Positions 9,200-18,318 of a stretch of 64,000 nt of DNA are shown one piece after another; the first letter of the stretch is position 1; each line of letters begins with the position of its first letter. A program made the position numbers and the translations under genes. The notes beneath the pieces were generated by a model that worked only from the letters and a program-made list of their open reading frames with translations, searched no databases and was not told the origin of the DNA. Source of the stretch: Spirochaetia bacterium (GTDB lineage: Bacteria; Spirochaetota; Spirochaetia; DSM-2461); contig CAXXIA010000002.1 in NCBI GenBank assembly GCA_963666985.2, positions 2,304,001-2,368,000 of the forward strand. The letters run 5' to 3'.

Positions 9200-10108
9200 A
9201 TGAAAAGAATCCCCGTGATTATCGACACGGATATCGGTACGGATATAGACGATACCTGGGCCGTTCTGATGGCCCTTAATTCGCCCGAACTGGATATTAA
9301 ACTCATCGTTTCTTCCACCGGAGATACAATTCTTCGGGCGGCTCTTCTGGCGAAATTTCTGGATCGCTGCGGCCGTACGGATATTCCGATAGGCATCGGG
9401 ATTCCCTTGGAAGTCAGCGGACATTACCAGAAAGGATGGATTGGAGATTACTCGATAGAGCGCTATCCGGGAAGGATTTTGGAAGACGGTGTTGGAGGCA
9501 TCATTGAAACCATTATGTCTTCATCGGAAGAAGTAACCGTTATCGGAATGGCGCCTCTTCCCAATATCGGTTCGGCATTGAGACGGGAACCGGGCATCGC
9601 GAAGAAATCCCGGTTTGTCGGAATGCACGGAAGTCTCTTTAAAGGATATTTTGGAGCGGATGAGGCCGTCGCGGAATTTAATGTGCTGAAGTACCCTTAT
9701 TCCTGCAGGGATGTTTTCGCCGCTTCATGGGATGTTACGATTACGCCTCTCGACACATGCGGTTTGGTGCAGCTTAAAGGCGATCGCTACCGGCAAGTGT
9801 CTCGAAGCGGATCGGCCGGGCCGGTCTCGGTTATGGAAAATTACAGGATTTGGACGGAGTGCAACGATCATCCCAAGTACCACGGATTCAATCCCGAGAT
9901 TGAGAGTTCCATACTCTACGATTCGGTCGCGGTGTATTTGGCCTTCAGCGAGGAACTGCTTGATATCGAGGAGTATGGGATTTTCGTTACGGATGACGGT
10001 TATACGCGGATTGATTCCGGCCGGAAAAAGATACGCTGCGCAACGGGCTGGAAAGACCAATCCCGCTTTGAAGATCTTCTTGTTCGGAGGCTGCTGGGAA
10101 ATCCGTAA
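9200..10108 (+). CDS. Nucleoside hydrolase (inosine-uridine preferring NH family)
   Basis: Aspartate-rich Ca-binding motif 'DTDIGTDIDD', 'AEFNV', 'TPLD'. Confidence 0.88.
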   Translation: MKRIPVIIDTDIGTDIDDTWAVLMALNSPELDIKLIVSSTGDTILRAALLAKFLDRCGRTDIPIGIGIPLEVSGHYQKGWIGDYSIERYPGRILEDGVGGIIETIMSSSEEVTVIGMAPLPNIGSALRREPGIAKKSRFVGMHGSLFKGYFGADEAVAEFNVLKYPYSCRDVFAASWDVTITPLDTCGLVQLKGDRYRQVSRSGSAGPVSVMENYRIWTECNDHPKYHGFNPEIESSILYDSVAVYLAFSEELLDIEEYGIFVTDDGYTRIDSGRKKIRCATGWKDQSRFEDLLVRRLLGNP

Positions 10109-10190
10109 TGCAATCATAGGAAACAAGGCCGCGAAGAGACTCCGTTCGCTTCTCATGTTGCAAGGGAATGTTCGCATGGTATGATCAGTC

Positions 10191-11042
10191 ATGCTGCGAA
10201 CCTACGTTGAGATTACCGGTAACCGGGAACTTCGAGATTTCTGCAAGAGCCTCGCCGATCGAGGTATAACGCGTCTTGCCGTGGATTTCGAGGGCGAGTT
10301 TAATTTGCACGTTTACGGCGAGAAACTCTGCCTGATTCAGGTTTACGATGGACGGGATTTTTATCTTATCGATCCTCTCGGTATTTCCAAAGATGCCCTG
10401 TTCGATTTCTTTTCCATTAAGGACATGGTGTACTTTTTCTATTCCGCCGATTCGGATATGAGCCTGATTTACAAGCAGTATGGAATTAAGATGCGTTCGG
10501 TTTACGATATCCAGCTTATGGTTGAGGTGCTGAATCTTCCGAGCAGGGGACTGGACGGCGTTTTATCCTCGGAGCTGGGAATCGTCGTGGAGAAAAAGAG
10601 CCGGTTCCAGCGTCATAACTGGACTTTAAGACCCATCGATGAAGACGCGAAACAGTACGCCCTGAACGACGTGGCGTATCTTTTCGAACTGCATAAAAAG
10701 CTTATGGTGAAAATAAAGGACCGCGATCTCTTCGAAGCGTTGGTGTTGAAGCTTGTCGCTTCGGCAAAGGATTTCGATAAGAAGAGTGTTCCCGGGATTT
10801 TTAAAACCCAGGCATATAAACAGATGAGCAGGGCAAGAAAAGCCGTTTATAAGAAGATTGTCGAAATCAGGGAATCGTACGCGAAAGAACTCGACGTTCC
10901 GGCTCATCTGGTTATTCCCAAGCACGATTTACCCGATTTGGCCGAAAATCCCGGAAAGATTCGGAACATACGTTTCCATAATCGGGTTCCCGGGGAGATG
11001 AAGGAACGGATCGTAAAGGACGTCTCCGCGATAAAACCGTAA
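10191..11042 (+). CDS. rnd: Ribonuclease D-like DEDDy 3'-5' exonuclease with C-terminal HRDC domain
   Basis: 'AVDFEGE', 'LCLIQ', 'NWTLRP', 'YALNDV', HRDC-like 'RESYAKELDVPAHLV'. Confidence 0.8.
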   Translation: MLRTYVEITGNRELRDFCKSLADRGITRLAVDFEGEFNLHVYGEKLCLIQVYDGRDFYLIDPLGISKDALFDFFSIKDMVYFFYSADSDMSLIYKQYGIKMRSVYDIQLMVEVLNLPSRGLDGVLSSELGIVVEKKSRFQRHNWTLRPIDEDAKQYALNDVAYLFELHKKLMVKIKDRDLFEALVLKLVASAKDFDKKSVPGIFKTQAYKQMSRARKAVYKKIVEIRESYAKELDVPAHLVIPKHDLPDLAENPGKIRNIRFHNRVPGEMKERIVKDVSAIKP

Positions 11043-11129
11043 AGCATCTTTTTAGCGTGGTGTTCCGGAAATTCTAAGACGGCGAAACGGCGGTTTAATG
11101 GAACGAATTGAGGCCGCGGATAGGAAAGG

Positions 11130-11315
11130 AACGGCGCGGCGGCCGGTATCGGCACTACCTCCAATGATATTGCTGCCGCGGAAAGTAAATTTGCAGTTGG
11201 CTTAGATCCCCTTGTTGATCCTCGTTAGTTCAGCGGCAGGATTAATGAGGTAAGATTGTTCAAGTATCAGCTGACCGCCGATGAGATTTCTGATATCTAC
11301 GATTCGGAGAAGTGA
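11130..11315 (+). pseudogene. C-terminal fragment of a LamG-like (concanavalin-fold) domain gene with an internal stop
   Basis: Hand translation NGAAAGIGTTSNDIAAAESKFAVGLDPLVDPR*FSGRINEVRLFKYQLTADEISDIYDSEK*; fits the LamG C-terminal pattern F-x-G-x-I-D-E-V-R-I-Y...EI; TAG at 11226-11228; no start codon. Confidence 0.65.
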
Positions 11316-11478
11316 TGCGCAGCCAATAACGGCCGTCACTTACGTTGCTTGTTCTCCCCTCCTTCCACCGAGGGATGGGCCGGCTTCGCTTAATCTATGG
11401 GATTTGAAGCTTCGGGATCTGATGATTTCGCGATTGGCTTCCACGCGGGGATGGGTGGAAGCATGTAATCATCTATCA

Positions 11479-12822
11479 TCAAAATATCAGGCTCCACCAT
11501 CCTCGATAAACAACGATGATGCTAAAAAGAACAATAAGAGTCAGAATTTTCGCATAGCGCAGGATTATGCCGCTTTTAAAATACTCGTTTCCCTCGCCAA
11601 TAATGATAATGACATGGTGAAAAGGAAAAAAAAAATGGGAACAGATACTGGTATAAATTAGGAATATCAGTATCTTCGGATCAATAATCCCCGAAGTGAT
11701 TGACGCGAGCCCCGGTACCACGATGGACATTGTTGTGATATTACTCCCAAGAATCATGTGCAGAAACATTGATATCCCTGTTACGGCGACAATCGGCATC
11801 AGTGTTCCGTTTCGCGGGATAAGGTTTGAAAATTTGGAGAAGAGTATAGAAGAAACTCCGCTTGCTTCCAGAGCAGGTCCAATGGCGAATGCCGCCGTTA
11901 AGAAAACCATCAATTCGAAATTTACGGATTTAATATCTTTTTTACCCAGCATACCGACTGCGAACATCAGCGCCGTACCTGCTGTTACGATAATGGCACC
12001 ATGTATTTTGTGGAAATCTTCCACCGCCCATAGAACAATAACCGCCAGTATAATTATGAGATTTGTTTTTTCTTTCGCCGTAAGGCGCAATTTTTTCGGT
12101 TTATTACTTGGAGGCTCTTTAAGAGGGCTAAAATCAGACAACTTTTTCCTGAAGGTGAAGAGAAATCCCGCAGCCGCCAAAAGGTAGAAAACAAAGGAAG
12201 GAACAGTCATTGCTTTTATCCATTCAAACTCCGTGATATCAAGGTTTCCCATAATCAGTATGGCGTTGTTTAAGATGATATCTCCCCGGATTAAGAACAT
12301 ATTAACGAAGGCCGAAGAGGCAAAAATCCAGAAGAGCAGAATTGACTTCAGTTCGGCATTTATTCTTTTTCGTTCAAGAAATTCGGAGAAAATCATTGCA
12401 AGCAGAATCACTCTGGAAAATGGCTGAGGAATAATAAAAATAAAAAGAATCTCCGCAAGGAATAAAACCGCCATGAAACGATGGGTATTGAGGGTATATT
12501 TTTCTATCAGCGGCTGTACCAGTTTTGCGGAGAGTCCGCTGTTGAGAATTCCTTGTGAGAACAGAAAAGAAAAAAGAATAGTCACAAAATTGGCTGATAA
12601 AGGGAAATGAAAAACCTTGTTAACAGGCAGTTCACTGAAGATTAAAAAAGCAAGCAGTAAAAAAAGAGAAGAGTAGAGTTTCCTTACCGCACCGGTAACC
12701 CATAGGATTATCGTTGCCGCCGTTGAAGAAAGAATAACAGTTTGTTCGACTGAAAGGCCGATCCAGAAAGCCATAGTCATAACGATAAGGACCATGAGAA
12801 TTGAAAGTGTATGCTTCAGCAT
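11479..12822 (-). CDS. SLC13/DASS-family (divalent anion:sodium symporter-like) transporter
   Basis: Highly hydrophobic 447 aa, 'IPQPFSR', 'HMILGS', 'FFPFHH' motifs; last gene of the SSS-buk-ptb run. Confidence 0.7.
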   Translation of the reverse strand: MLKHTLSILMVLIVMTMAFWIGLSVEQTVILSSTAATIILWVTGAVRKLYSSLFLLLAFLIFSELPVNKVFHFPLSANFVTILFSFLFSQGILNSGLSAKLVQPLIEKYTLNTHRFMAVLFLAEILFIFIIPQPFSRVILLAMIFSEFLERKRINAELKSILLFWIFASSAFVNMFLIRGDIILNNAILIMGNLDITEFEWIKAMTVPSFVFYLLAAAGFLFTFRKKLSDFSPLKEPPSNKPKKLRLTAKEKTNLIIILAVIVLWAVEDFHKIHGAIIVTAGTALMFAVGMLGKKDIKSVNFELMVFLTAAFAIGPALEASGVSSILFSKFSNLIPRNGTLMPIVAVTGISMFLHMILGSNITTMSIVVPGLASITSGIIDPKILIFLIYTSICSHFFFPFHHVIIIIGEGNEYFKSGIILRYAKILTLIVLFSIIVVYRGWWSLIF

Positions 12823-12898
12823 CTATAAGTTACCTAATTTTTTTTGTCGAAAATGATTCTTGTATATAAAGCGGAAATTTGCCGAAATGTTAAGTGAG

Positions 12899-12922
12899 AT
12901 CTTCGTGTTTTCACACGAAGAT
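12899..12922 (-). terminator. Hairpin between ptb and the DASS transporter gene
   Basis: ATCTTCGTGT-TTTC-ACACGAAGAT perfect 10-bp stem. Confidence 0.5.
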
Positions 12923-12932
12923 TCTCGTTCTA

Positions 12933-13826
12933 TTAAGCTATTAGGCAGGTTAGTGCCACAGCCAGAATCTTATTCCGGGCGGAATCCGTTCGTGAGGTCA
13001 TTACTATTGGAACTTCCGCACCCATAACAGCGGCGCCTACATCTTTTTGAGCGATGAATGTAATCGCTTTATGGAGGATATTTCCAACTTGAATATCCGG
13101 AACAATCAGTATGTCTGCATTTCCGGCAACTTCACTTGATATCCCTTTTCTCTCTGCGGCTTCTCTTGATATAGCATTGTCCAGAGCAAGAGGACCGTCG
13201 AATGTCGCTCCGGAAATTTGTCCCCTATCCCCCATCTTGCTGAGGATCGCGGCGTCCAGCGTTGCGGGCATTGCCGGATTAACATTTTCAAGTGCTGAGA
13301 GAAAAGCCACTTTGGGGTTATCCAATCCAAGCTTATGTGCAAGTTCGATGCAGTTTTCGGTTATCTGCTTCTTTTCCTGTAATCCCGGATTGATATTCAT
13401 GGCGCAGTCTGAAACAAGAAGCAGCCCGTCTCCGTTCGGTTTGTTTAATACCGATATTTGAGATATCAGTTTTCCCGTGTTTAGTCCTCTTTCTTTATCA
13501 ACAACGGCTTTCAAGAACGTCCCGGTATGGAGGAGTCCTTTCATAACGGAGTGAGCCTCGCCCGTCCTGACGAGTTCTACCGCTTTATAGGCCGCTTTAG
13601 CATGGTTCGGTTCATCAATTATCCGATAGCTGCAGTCTTTATTGTATTTCCCGGCGATATCTTCAATTTTCGATTTGTCTCCGACAAGAATAAAATCGGC
13701 AATACCTCTCTTTACGGCTTCCTCGGCGACTTCGAGCACCTCAATATCCTCTGCGGCAGCAACGGAGAGGGTTTTTGGGGGAGATTCAATAACAATATCC
13801 AATATATGGTTAAGGTTTTTAATCAT
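12933..13826 (-). CDS. ptb: Phosphate butyryltransferase (phosphate acyltransferase)
   Basis: 'VMKGLLHT', 'DGPLALDNAIS', 'AGNADILIVPDIQVGN', 'PIVMTSRTDS'; adjacent to buk. Confidence 0.93.
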   Translation of the reverse strand: MIKNLNHILDIVIESPPKTLSVAAAEDIEVLEVAEEAVKRGIADFILVGDKSKIEDIAGKYNKDCSYRIIDEPNHAKAAYKAVELVRTGEAHSVMKGLLHTGTFLKAVVDKERGLNTGKLISQISVLNKPNGDGLLLVSDCAMNINPGLQEKKQITENCIELAHKLGLDNPKVAFLSALENVNPAMPATLDAAILSKMGDRGQISGATFDGPLALDNAISREAAERKGISSEVAGNADILIVPDIQVGNILHKAITFIAQKDVGAAVMGAEVPIVMTSRTDSARNKILAVALTCLIA

Positions 13827-13843
13827 TTTTTTTCCTTTTGTAC

Positions 13844-14911
13844 TTAGTAAGTTTTAGCCGCTTCTTTCCCATGGAGATACCGGAGTGCGTTCTCCGCTAA
13901 CGAAAGCATTTCGTTTTCACCGGCTCTGATATACATTGGGGCAATAAACTCGGTTCTTTTTTTTATCCAGGAAACAATCCTTTCGGAATGAGCAAGACTT
14001 CCGGTAAGGATAATGGCATCTATATATCCCTCGAGCACACAGGCGCAGGCTCCAATTTCCTTGCATATCTGATACGTCATGGATTCCAGAACCTCAAGAG
14101 CATACTCATCCCCATTTATGATTTTTTCTTGCACTTCCAAAACGCTGTTTGTTCCGAGGTATGACATCAGTCCACCTTCACCTTTGATTTTTTTTACCAT
14201 TTCCTGTTCGGAAAACTTTCCGGAGAAGCACATCTTGATTAAATCTCCCGCTGGAACAGTCCCCGCTCGTTCAGGTGAAAACGGTCCGTCGCCGTCAAGT
14301 GCATTATTTACATCAATAACCTTTCCCATTCTGTGGGCGGCTACGGAAATTCCTCCTCCCAGATGAGCGACAATCAGGTTCAATTTTTCATAAGGAATCC
14401 CAAGTGTCTCGGAAACATTCCTTGCGGTTCTCTTTTGATTCAAAGCATGAAAAGAACTGATTCTTGGGATTTCCTTCATGCCTGAATAACGCGCCAAAGG
14501 TATAAACTCATCGGTAACGGGAGGATCGGCCACAATTACGGGTATCTTGTATTCCTGACCAATTTCATAGGAAATTATGTTTCCAACACTGGTCGGATGG
14601 GATCCGTATCGTTCGCTTTTCATATCTTCAACCATCTCTTCATTAAGAATGTAGATACCTCCTTCTACCGGTTTTAGAAGACCTCCCCGACAAGAAATGG
14701 CATCCAGAGTGGAAAGACTGATGTTATTTTTTTTCAGAACCTCAAGGATTTTGCTTTTTCTGAAATCCGTTTGTTCCCAGATTGTAATAAAGGGCTTGAG
14801 TTCATCTTGAGAGTGCGAGATGGATTCAGAGAAAACTTCCGCCATCTCGGAATAGAGGGACACCTTCGTAGAGGTGGAGCCCAGATTTATAATGAGAATA
14901 TTTTTTTTCAT
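13844..14911 (-). CDS. buk: Butyrate kinase (branched/short-chain acyl kinase)
   Basis: 'INLGSTSTK', 'RGGLLKP', 'HALNQK', 'HLGGGISV', 'GPFSPERAG', 'GENEM'; ATG at 14911 behind GGAG. Confidence 0.95.
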   Translation of the reverse strand: MKKNILIINLGSTSTKVSLYSEMAEVFSESISHSQDELKPFITIWEQTDFRKSKILEVLKKNNISLSTLDAISCRGGLLKPVEGGIYILNEEMVEDMKSERYGSHPTSVGNIISYEIGQEYKIPVIVADPPVTDEFIPLARYSGMKEIPRISSFHALNQKRTARNVSETLGIPYEKLNLIVAHLGGGISVAAHRMGKVIDVNNALDGDGPFSPERAGTVPAGDLIKMCFSGKFSEQEMVKKIKGEGGLMSYLGTNSVLEVQEKIINGDEYALEVLESMTYQICKEIGACACVLEGYIDAIILTGSLAHSERIVSWIKKRTEFIAPMYIRAGENEMLSLAENALRYLHGKEAAKTY

Positions 14912-14940
14912 GGCTGCTCCATTTGTGAACGAATAGAACA

Positions 14941-14962
14941 CTGCAGGGATGATTCCCTGCAG
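14941..14962 (-). terminator. Intercistronic hairpin between the SSS transporter gene and buk
   Basis: CTGCAGGGA-TGAT-TCCCTGCAG 9-bp stem. Confidence 0.45.
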
Positions 14963-15001
14963 ATCAATTAGTACGAATTTCTTATGGTGTTTTTTTTGTT
15001 T

Positions 15002-16489
15002 TTAGCTGTTTATTGTTACAGCTTCTTTCCCGAATTTCTCAAAGTATCCTTTTGTTCTGAAGAACGCCGGACGCTTATCGACGAGCATTACAATCAAGAA
15101 AACAATCGGACAAGTTATCAGATGGAGAAAAACAACATGAGGTAAGCCTGATGAGATTCCCGGAATTGCATACCATGCAACTATGTCGAGAAAACTCATA
15201 AGAATTATTGCGTTGGCCGTACTCTTTCGGCAGGCTTTCGGGATGTAGAGTGAAGCGATAAGAATGATGAAATAGCCCACACTTAGTGATAATCCCATTG
15301 TTGTGAACTTAAGGAGGGAATCAATATAGAATGCCGTGAAAAGGGCAATAAGGGAGAAAATAATACAAGCAGTCTTTGATAAGAGTATTTCCTTTTTATT
15401 GTTGGTTTTTTTACCTTTCTGCAATGGTCTGTAGACATCGTTAATAAAAAGGGCTGAGCCTCCAAGGATGTAAGTAGTTGCCGAAGAGACAACCGCTGCC
15501 CAGAGCCCCGCAAGAACGATACCTCCGATAATGCCGGGGAATGTCGTTACAACCATGGGAAGTGCCGCCGCGGTATTTTCAAGACCGGGGAAAAGATTGG
15601 TTGCGGCCATGCCCAGAAGGGCAGTAAAAAAACCGAAAGGCAGTACAAGCAGTCCGGCGATTAAGAATCCCCAGAATGCCGCTTTTTCATTTTTTGCGGA
15701 GAAAGCCGGCTGAATTGAGGCTGTGCCCGTCGGAACGTTAACCAGAAAAAGAAGGAGATAAGATATTGTTACTCCAAGTGTAAGTCCCTTAACCGGATGA
15801 AGATATAAACTTCGATCGGGAAGATTATTCACCATGGTGGTCAATCCCCCCGCTTGGGTTATCGAAAAGATAACCGCAATTGCTATACTGATATATAAAA
15901 GAACGATGTTGATTATGTTTGTTACACCGGCGGAAGATAATCCGCCGATCATCGCAATTGATATAAAGAGAAATGCCGACAAGATCATTCCTCCATTCAT
16001 GGAGAAGAACTGCGGCAACAGGCTGTTGAGGATGGCTCCTCCGGCAATATACTGGGATACCATGATCGTATAGATCATGAAAATTTGCCCAATAGATACA
16101 AGAGTTCGAGTCAACTCGCCGTAATAATCGCCATAGATTTCGGTTATTGTCGTAAGATTAAGTTTTCTTAGCTTCCTTACAAAAAGAAGTGCCGTAATGA
16201 TTATTCCAATACCGAAAGCACCGTCGTACCATCCGGCCGAGATACCGAACTTGTATCCGTTCTGGGCGATTCCAACGGTTCCATTTGCGCCAATGGCGGA
16301 ACCGACCAGGGTGAACATAACCAGAAAGGGACCAAATGATTTTCCCGCAAGCAGGAATCCTTCGGCGTTAGCCTCGGAATTGTTGATCCGTTCCAATCGC
16401 TTTTGTCTTATCTTTGCATAGAATGCAAAGATGAACAAAGCGAGCATGTATACTATTACAACTGATAGTGCTATTAGCTTACTATTCAT
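15002..16489 (-). CDS. Sodium:solute symporter (SSS/SLC5) family transporter
   Basis: 'FLLAGKSFG', 'GANGTVG...GYKFGIS', 'AAVVSSAT', about 13 TM segments. Confidence 0.9.
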   Translation of the reverse strand: MNSKLIALSVVIVYMLALFIFAFYAKIRQKRLERINNSEANAEGFLLAGKSFGPFLVMFTLVGSAIGANGTVGIAQNGYKFGISAGWYDGAFGIGIIITALLFVRKLRKLNLTTITEIYGDYYGELTRTLVSIGQIFMIYTIMVSQYIAGGAILNSLLPQFFSMNGGMILSAFLFISIAMIGGLSSAGVTNIINIVLLYISIAIAVIFSITQAGGLTTMVNNLPDRSLYLHPVKGLTLGVTISYLLLFLVNVPTGTASIQPAFSAKNEKAAFWGFLIAGLLVLPFGFFTALLGMAATNLFPGLENTAAALPMVVTTFPGIIGGIVLAGLWAAVVSSATTYILGGSALFINDVYRPLQKGKKTNNKKEILLSKTACIIFSLIALFTAFYIDSLLKFTTMGLSLSVGYFIILIASLYIPKACRKSTANAIILMSFLDIVAWYAIPGISSGLPHVVFLHLITCPIVFLIVMLVDKRPAFFRTKGYFEKFGKEAVTINS

Positions 16490-16701
16490 TATCTATAATC
16501 CTTTGATTTATTAATCTGATACCCGCAAGAACCGGCTTTCCAGGGAAATTGCTAAATGCTTTCCCTTTGCTACACGATGACAACAGTTTCACCATTCCAT
16601 TGAATTCGTGTGAAAGATTAAGCCGCATTCCGAATGTCCTTTTATGGAGACTCGCTATGAAGCTCAATCGTCCTTGATTCAAGGTATCCGTGAATCTTAA
16701 C

Positions 16702-16717
16702 AGCAATTCCTGTGCCA
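16702..16717 (-). promoter_or_regulatory. Sigma-54 (-24/-12) promoter for the SSS-buk-ptb-DASS operon
   Basis: Minus strand reads TGGCAC-AGGAA-TTGCT, an exact fit to TGGCAC-N5-TTGCW. Confidence 0.88.
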
Positions 16718-16779
16718 ATAAAAATAATTCCACGCTGTTTTATTAAGATGATTTTTTAAGCCTACGAATGAAAAGCTCC

Positions 16780-16819
16780 GTGTTGGGAAATAGAGAATTA
16801 TGTCTTGAATTCCCTACAC
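16780..16819. promoter_or_regulatory. Candidate upstream activator sequence for the sigma-54 activator
   Basis: Inverted repeat GTGTTGGGAA (16780-16789) / TTCCCTACAC (16810-16819), one mismatch, and a TGT-N12-ACA box (16801-16818), lying between two divergent sigma-54 promoters. Confidence 0.6.
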
Positions 16820-16949
16820 TTTCCTGGGGAATCACTCTGTTCGATATCGGGCTTTAAAAGAGGACGGTGTGATCTTATTTTAACGGCTGCTGTTGTATAA
16901 GCTCGATTATCGGGATATTCCAAAGATTGTTTTTTTTAAATTATCCGGA

Positions 16950-16965
16950 TGGCATATAAATTGCA
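16950..16965 (+). promoter_or_regulatory. Sigma-54 (-24/-12) promoter for the BKACE gene
   Basis: TGGCAT-ATAAA-TTGCA with correct GG-N10-GC spacing, 57 nt before the ATG. Confidence 0.85.
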
Positions 16966-17022
16966 AAAACATTAAGTCAACAGTTTCACCGAATTAAACA
17001 GAAAAACCAAGGAGACTTAATA

Positions 17023-17904
17023 ATGGCAAGGAAAGTAATTATTACGGCGGCTCTCACCGGGGCGTTTCATGGAAAAGAAGTCAATCCCAATCTTCCGGAA
17101 CAGCCCGATGAAATTGCCCAGCAGGTACAAGATTGCTGCAATGCGGGAGCATCAATTGCCCACATCCATGCAAGAGACAAGAACGGGAAATCCAGTGTTG
17201 ATCCGGCCATATTCAGTGAGATAAACAGTAAAGTCAGAGCCAGATGTCCGATTATTATTCAGAATTCAACGGCTCCGGCCACTCGCGACGGAGCTGTGGC
17301 TGATGACGGATTGGCTCTTCTGAATGCGAAAGATGTTGTTCTCCCTGAGATGTGCTCTCTTGACTGTTCTCTCATTGCCACTACCTGGCAAGATCGTACA
17401 TGGATTTATGAGTGGACCAGAGAATGGCTGATAAAAGCATCAAAACTTATGCATGAAAAGAAGATTAAGCCGGAATTGGAGATTTTTAATCCCACATCAA
17501 TTGAAGATGTGGTTAATTATGTCTATCCCTCGGGTTATCTTAAGGAACCGCTTTCTTTCAGCTTTGTTATGGGTATGGATAAAGCCAGTCAGCAGGCGAT
17601 GGAATTTTCGATTGATAATCTAATGTATATGATTAATAAAATTCCTAAAGGCAGTTTTTTTTCCTGTCTGGCTATTGCTCAGCACCAGCTCCCCGGCACA
17701 GGACTGGCCATGCTTCTAGGCGGAAATATTCGGGTTGGAATGGAAGATAATGTGTTTTATCGAAAGGGAGAGCTTGCCAAAAGCAATGCTCAACTGGTTG
17801 AACGAGCAGCCGGAATTGTCAGGGAATTTGGTTTTGAAGTGGCTACTCCGGAAGAAGCCAGATCGATGTTGGGTATTCCTCAGCTTGCTGAGAGCGGCAG
17901 ATAA
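17023..17904 (+). CDS. Beta-keto acid cleavage enzyme (BKACE/Kce, DUF849 family)
   Basis: 'IITAALTGA', Zn ligands 'HIHARD', 'KPELEIF', 'RVGMEDN', 'ATPEEARSMLG'; AAGGAG SD. Confidence 0.92.
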   Translation: MARKVIITAALTGAFHGKEVNPNLPEQPDEIAQQVQDCCNAGASIAHIHARDKNGKSSVDPAIFSEINSKVRARCPIIIQNSTAPATRDGAVADDGLALLNAKDVVLPEMCSLDCSLIATTWQDRTWIYEWTREWLIKASKLMHEKKIKPELEIFNPTSIEDVVNYVYPSGYLKEPLSFSFVMGMDKASQQAMEFSIDNLMYMINKIPKGSFFSCLAIAQHQLPGTGLAMLLGGNIRVGMEDNVFYRKGELAKSNAQLVERAAGIVREFGFEVATPEEARSMLGIPQLAESGR

Positions 17905-18318
17905 ACAAATCTGATTTTCAAGTCCTGCATGTCGTCGGAGAGATGAAAAAGTTCATTTCTCCGCTTTGCATTCAATTTATGATGATTACTGATTCCGATT
18001 GATTAGAAAAGATCGAATGTTTATTAAATCACTTTTTTAAAATTCTGAAAACAAAACGGAACGGCGCAATCCAACTGTTTGAATTAAATGCCGAAGACTG
18101 TGGAATCGGAACAGTTTTTGTTTTTAAAGTTTCTTGCGATCTGGTAATTCCGGCTTTACAATAATGTGCGATTCAATTCGGCGGTTTTTAAATATCTTCG
18201 GAAATACGGGATTCGGCTGTCGGGAATAATTTGTAAATGGTGACTATTCACAGCTTAAGAGAAAAAACATATTTTTACAGCATGATTTATAAGCTTCTAT
18301 GTTGGAGATCGGAATCAT

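Noticed and set aside
11316..11400. Possible integron attC site after the LamG fragment
   Set aside because: No proper RYYYAAC/GTTRRRY pair, no second cassette and no integrase
16482..16733. 83-aa ORF or riboswitch in the SSS leader
   Set aside because: The ORF overlaps the sigma-54 promoter and has no motif; no known aptamer recognised in the leader
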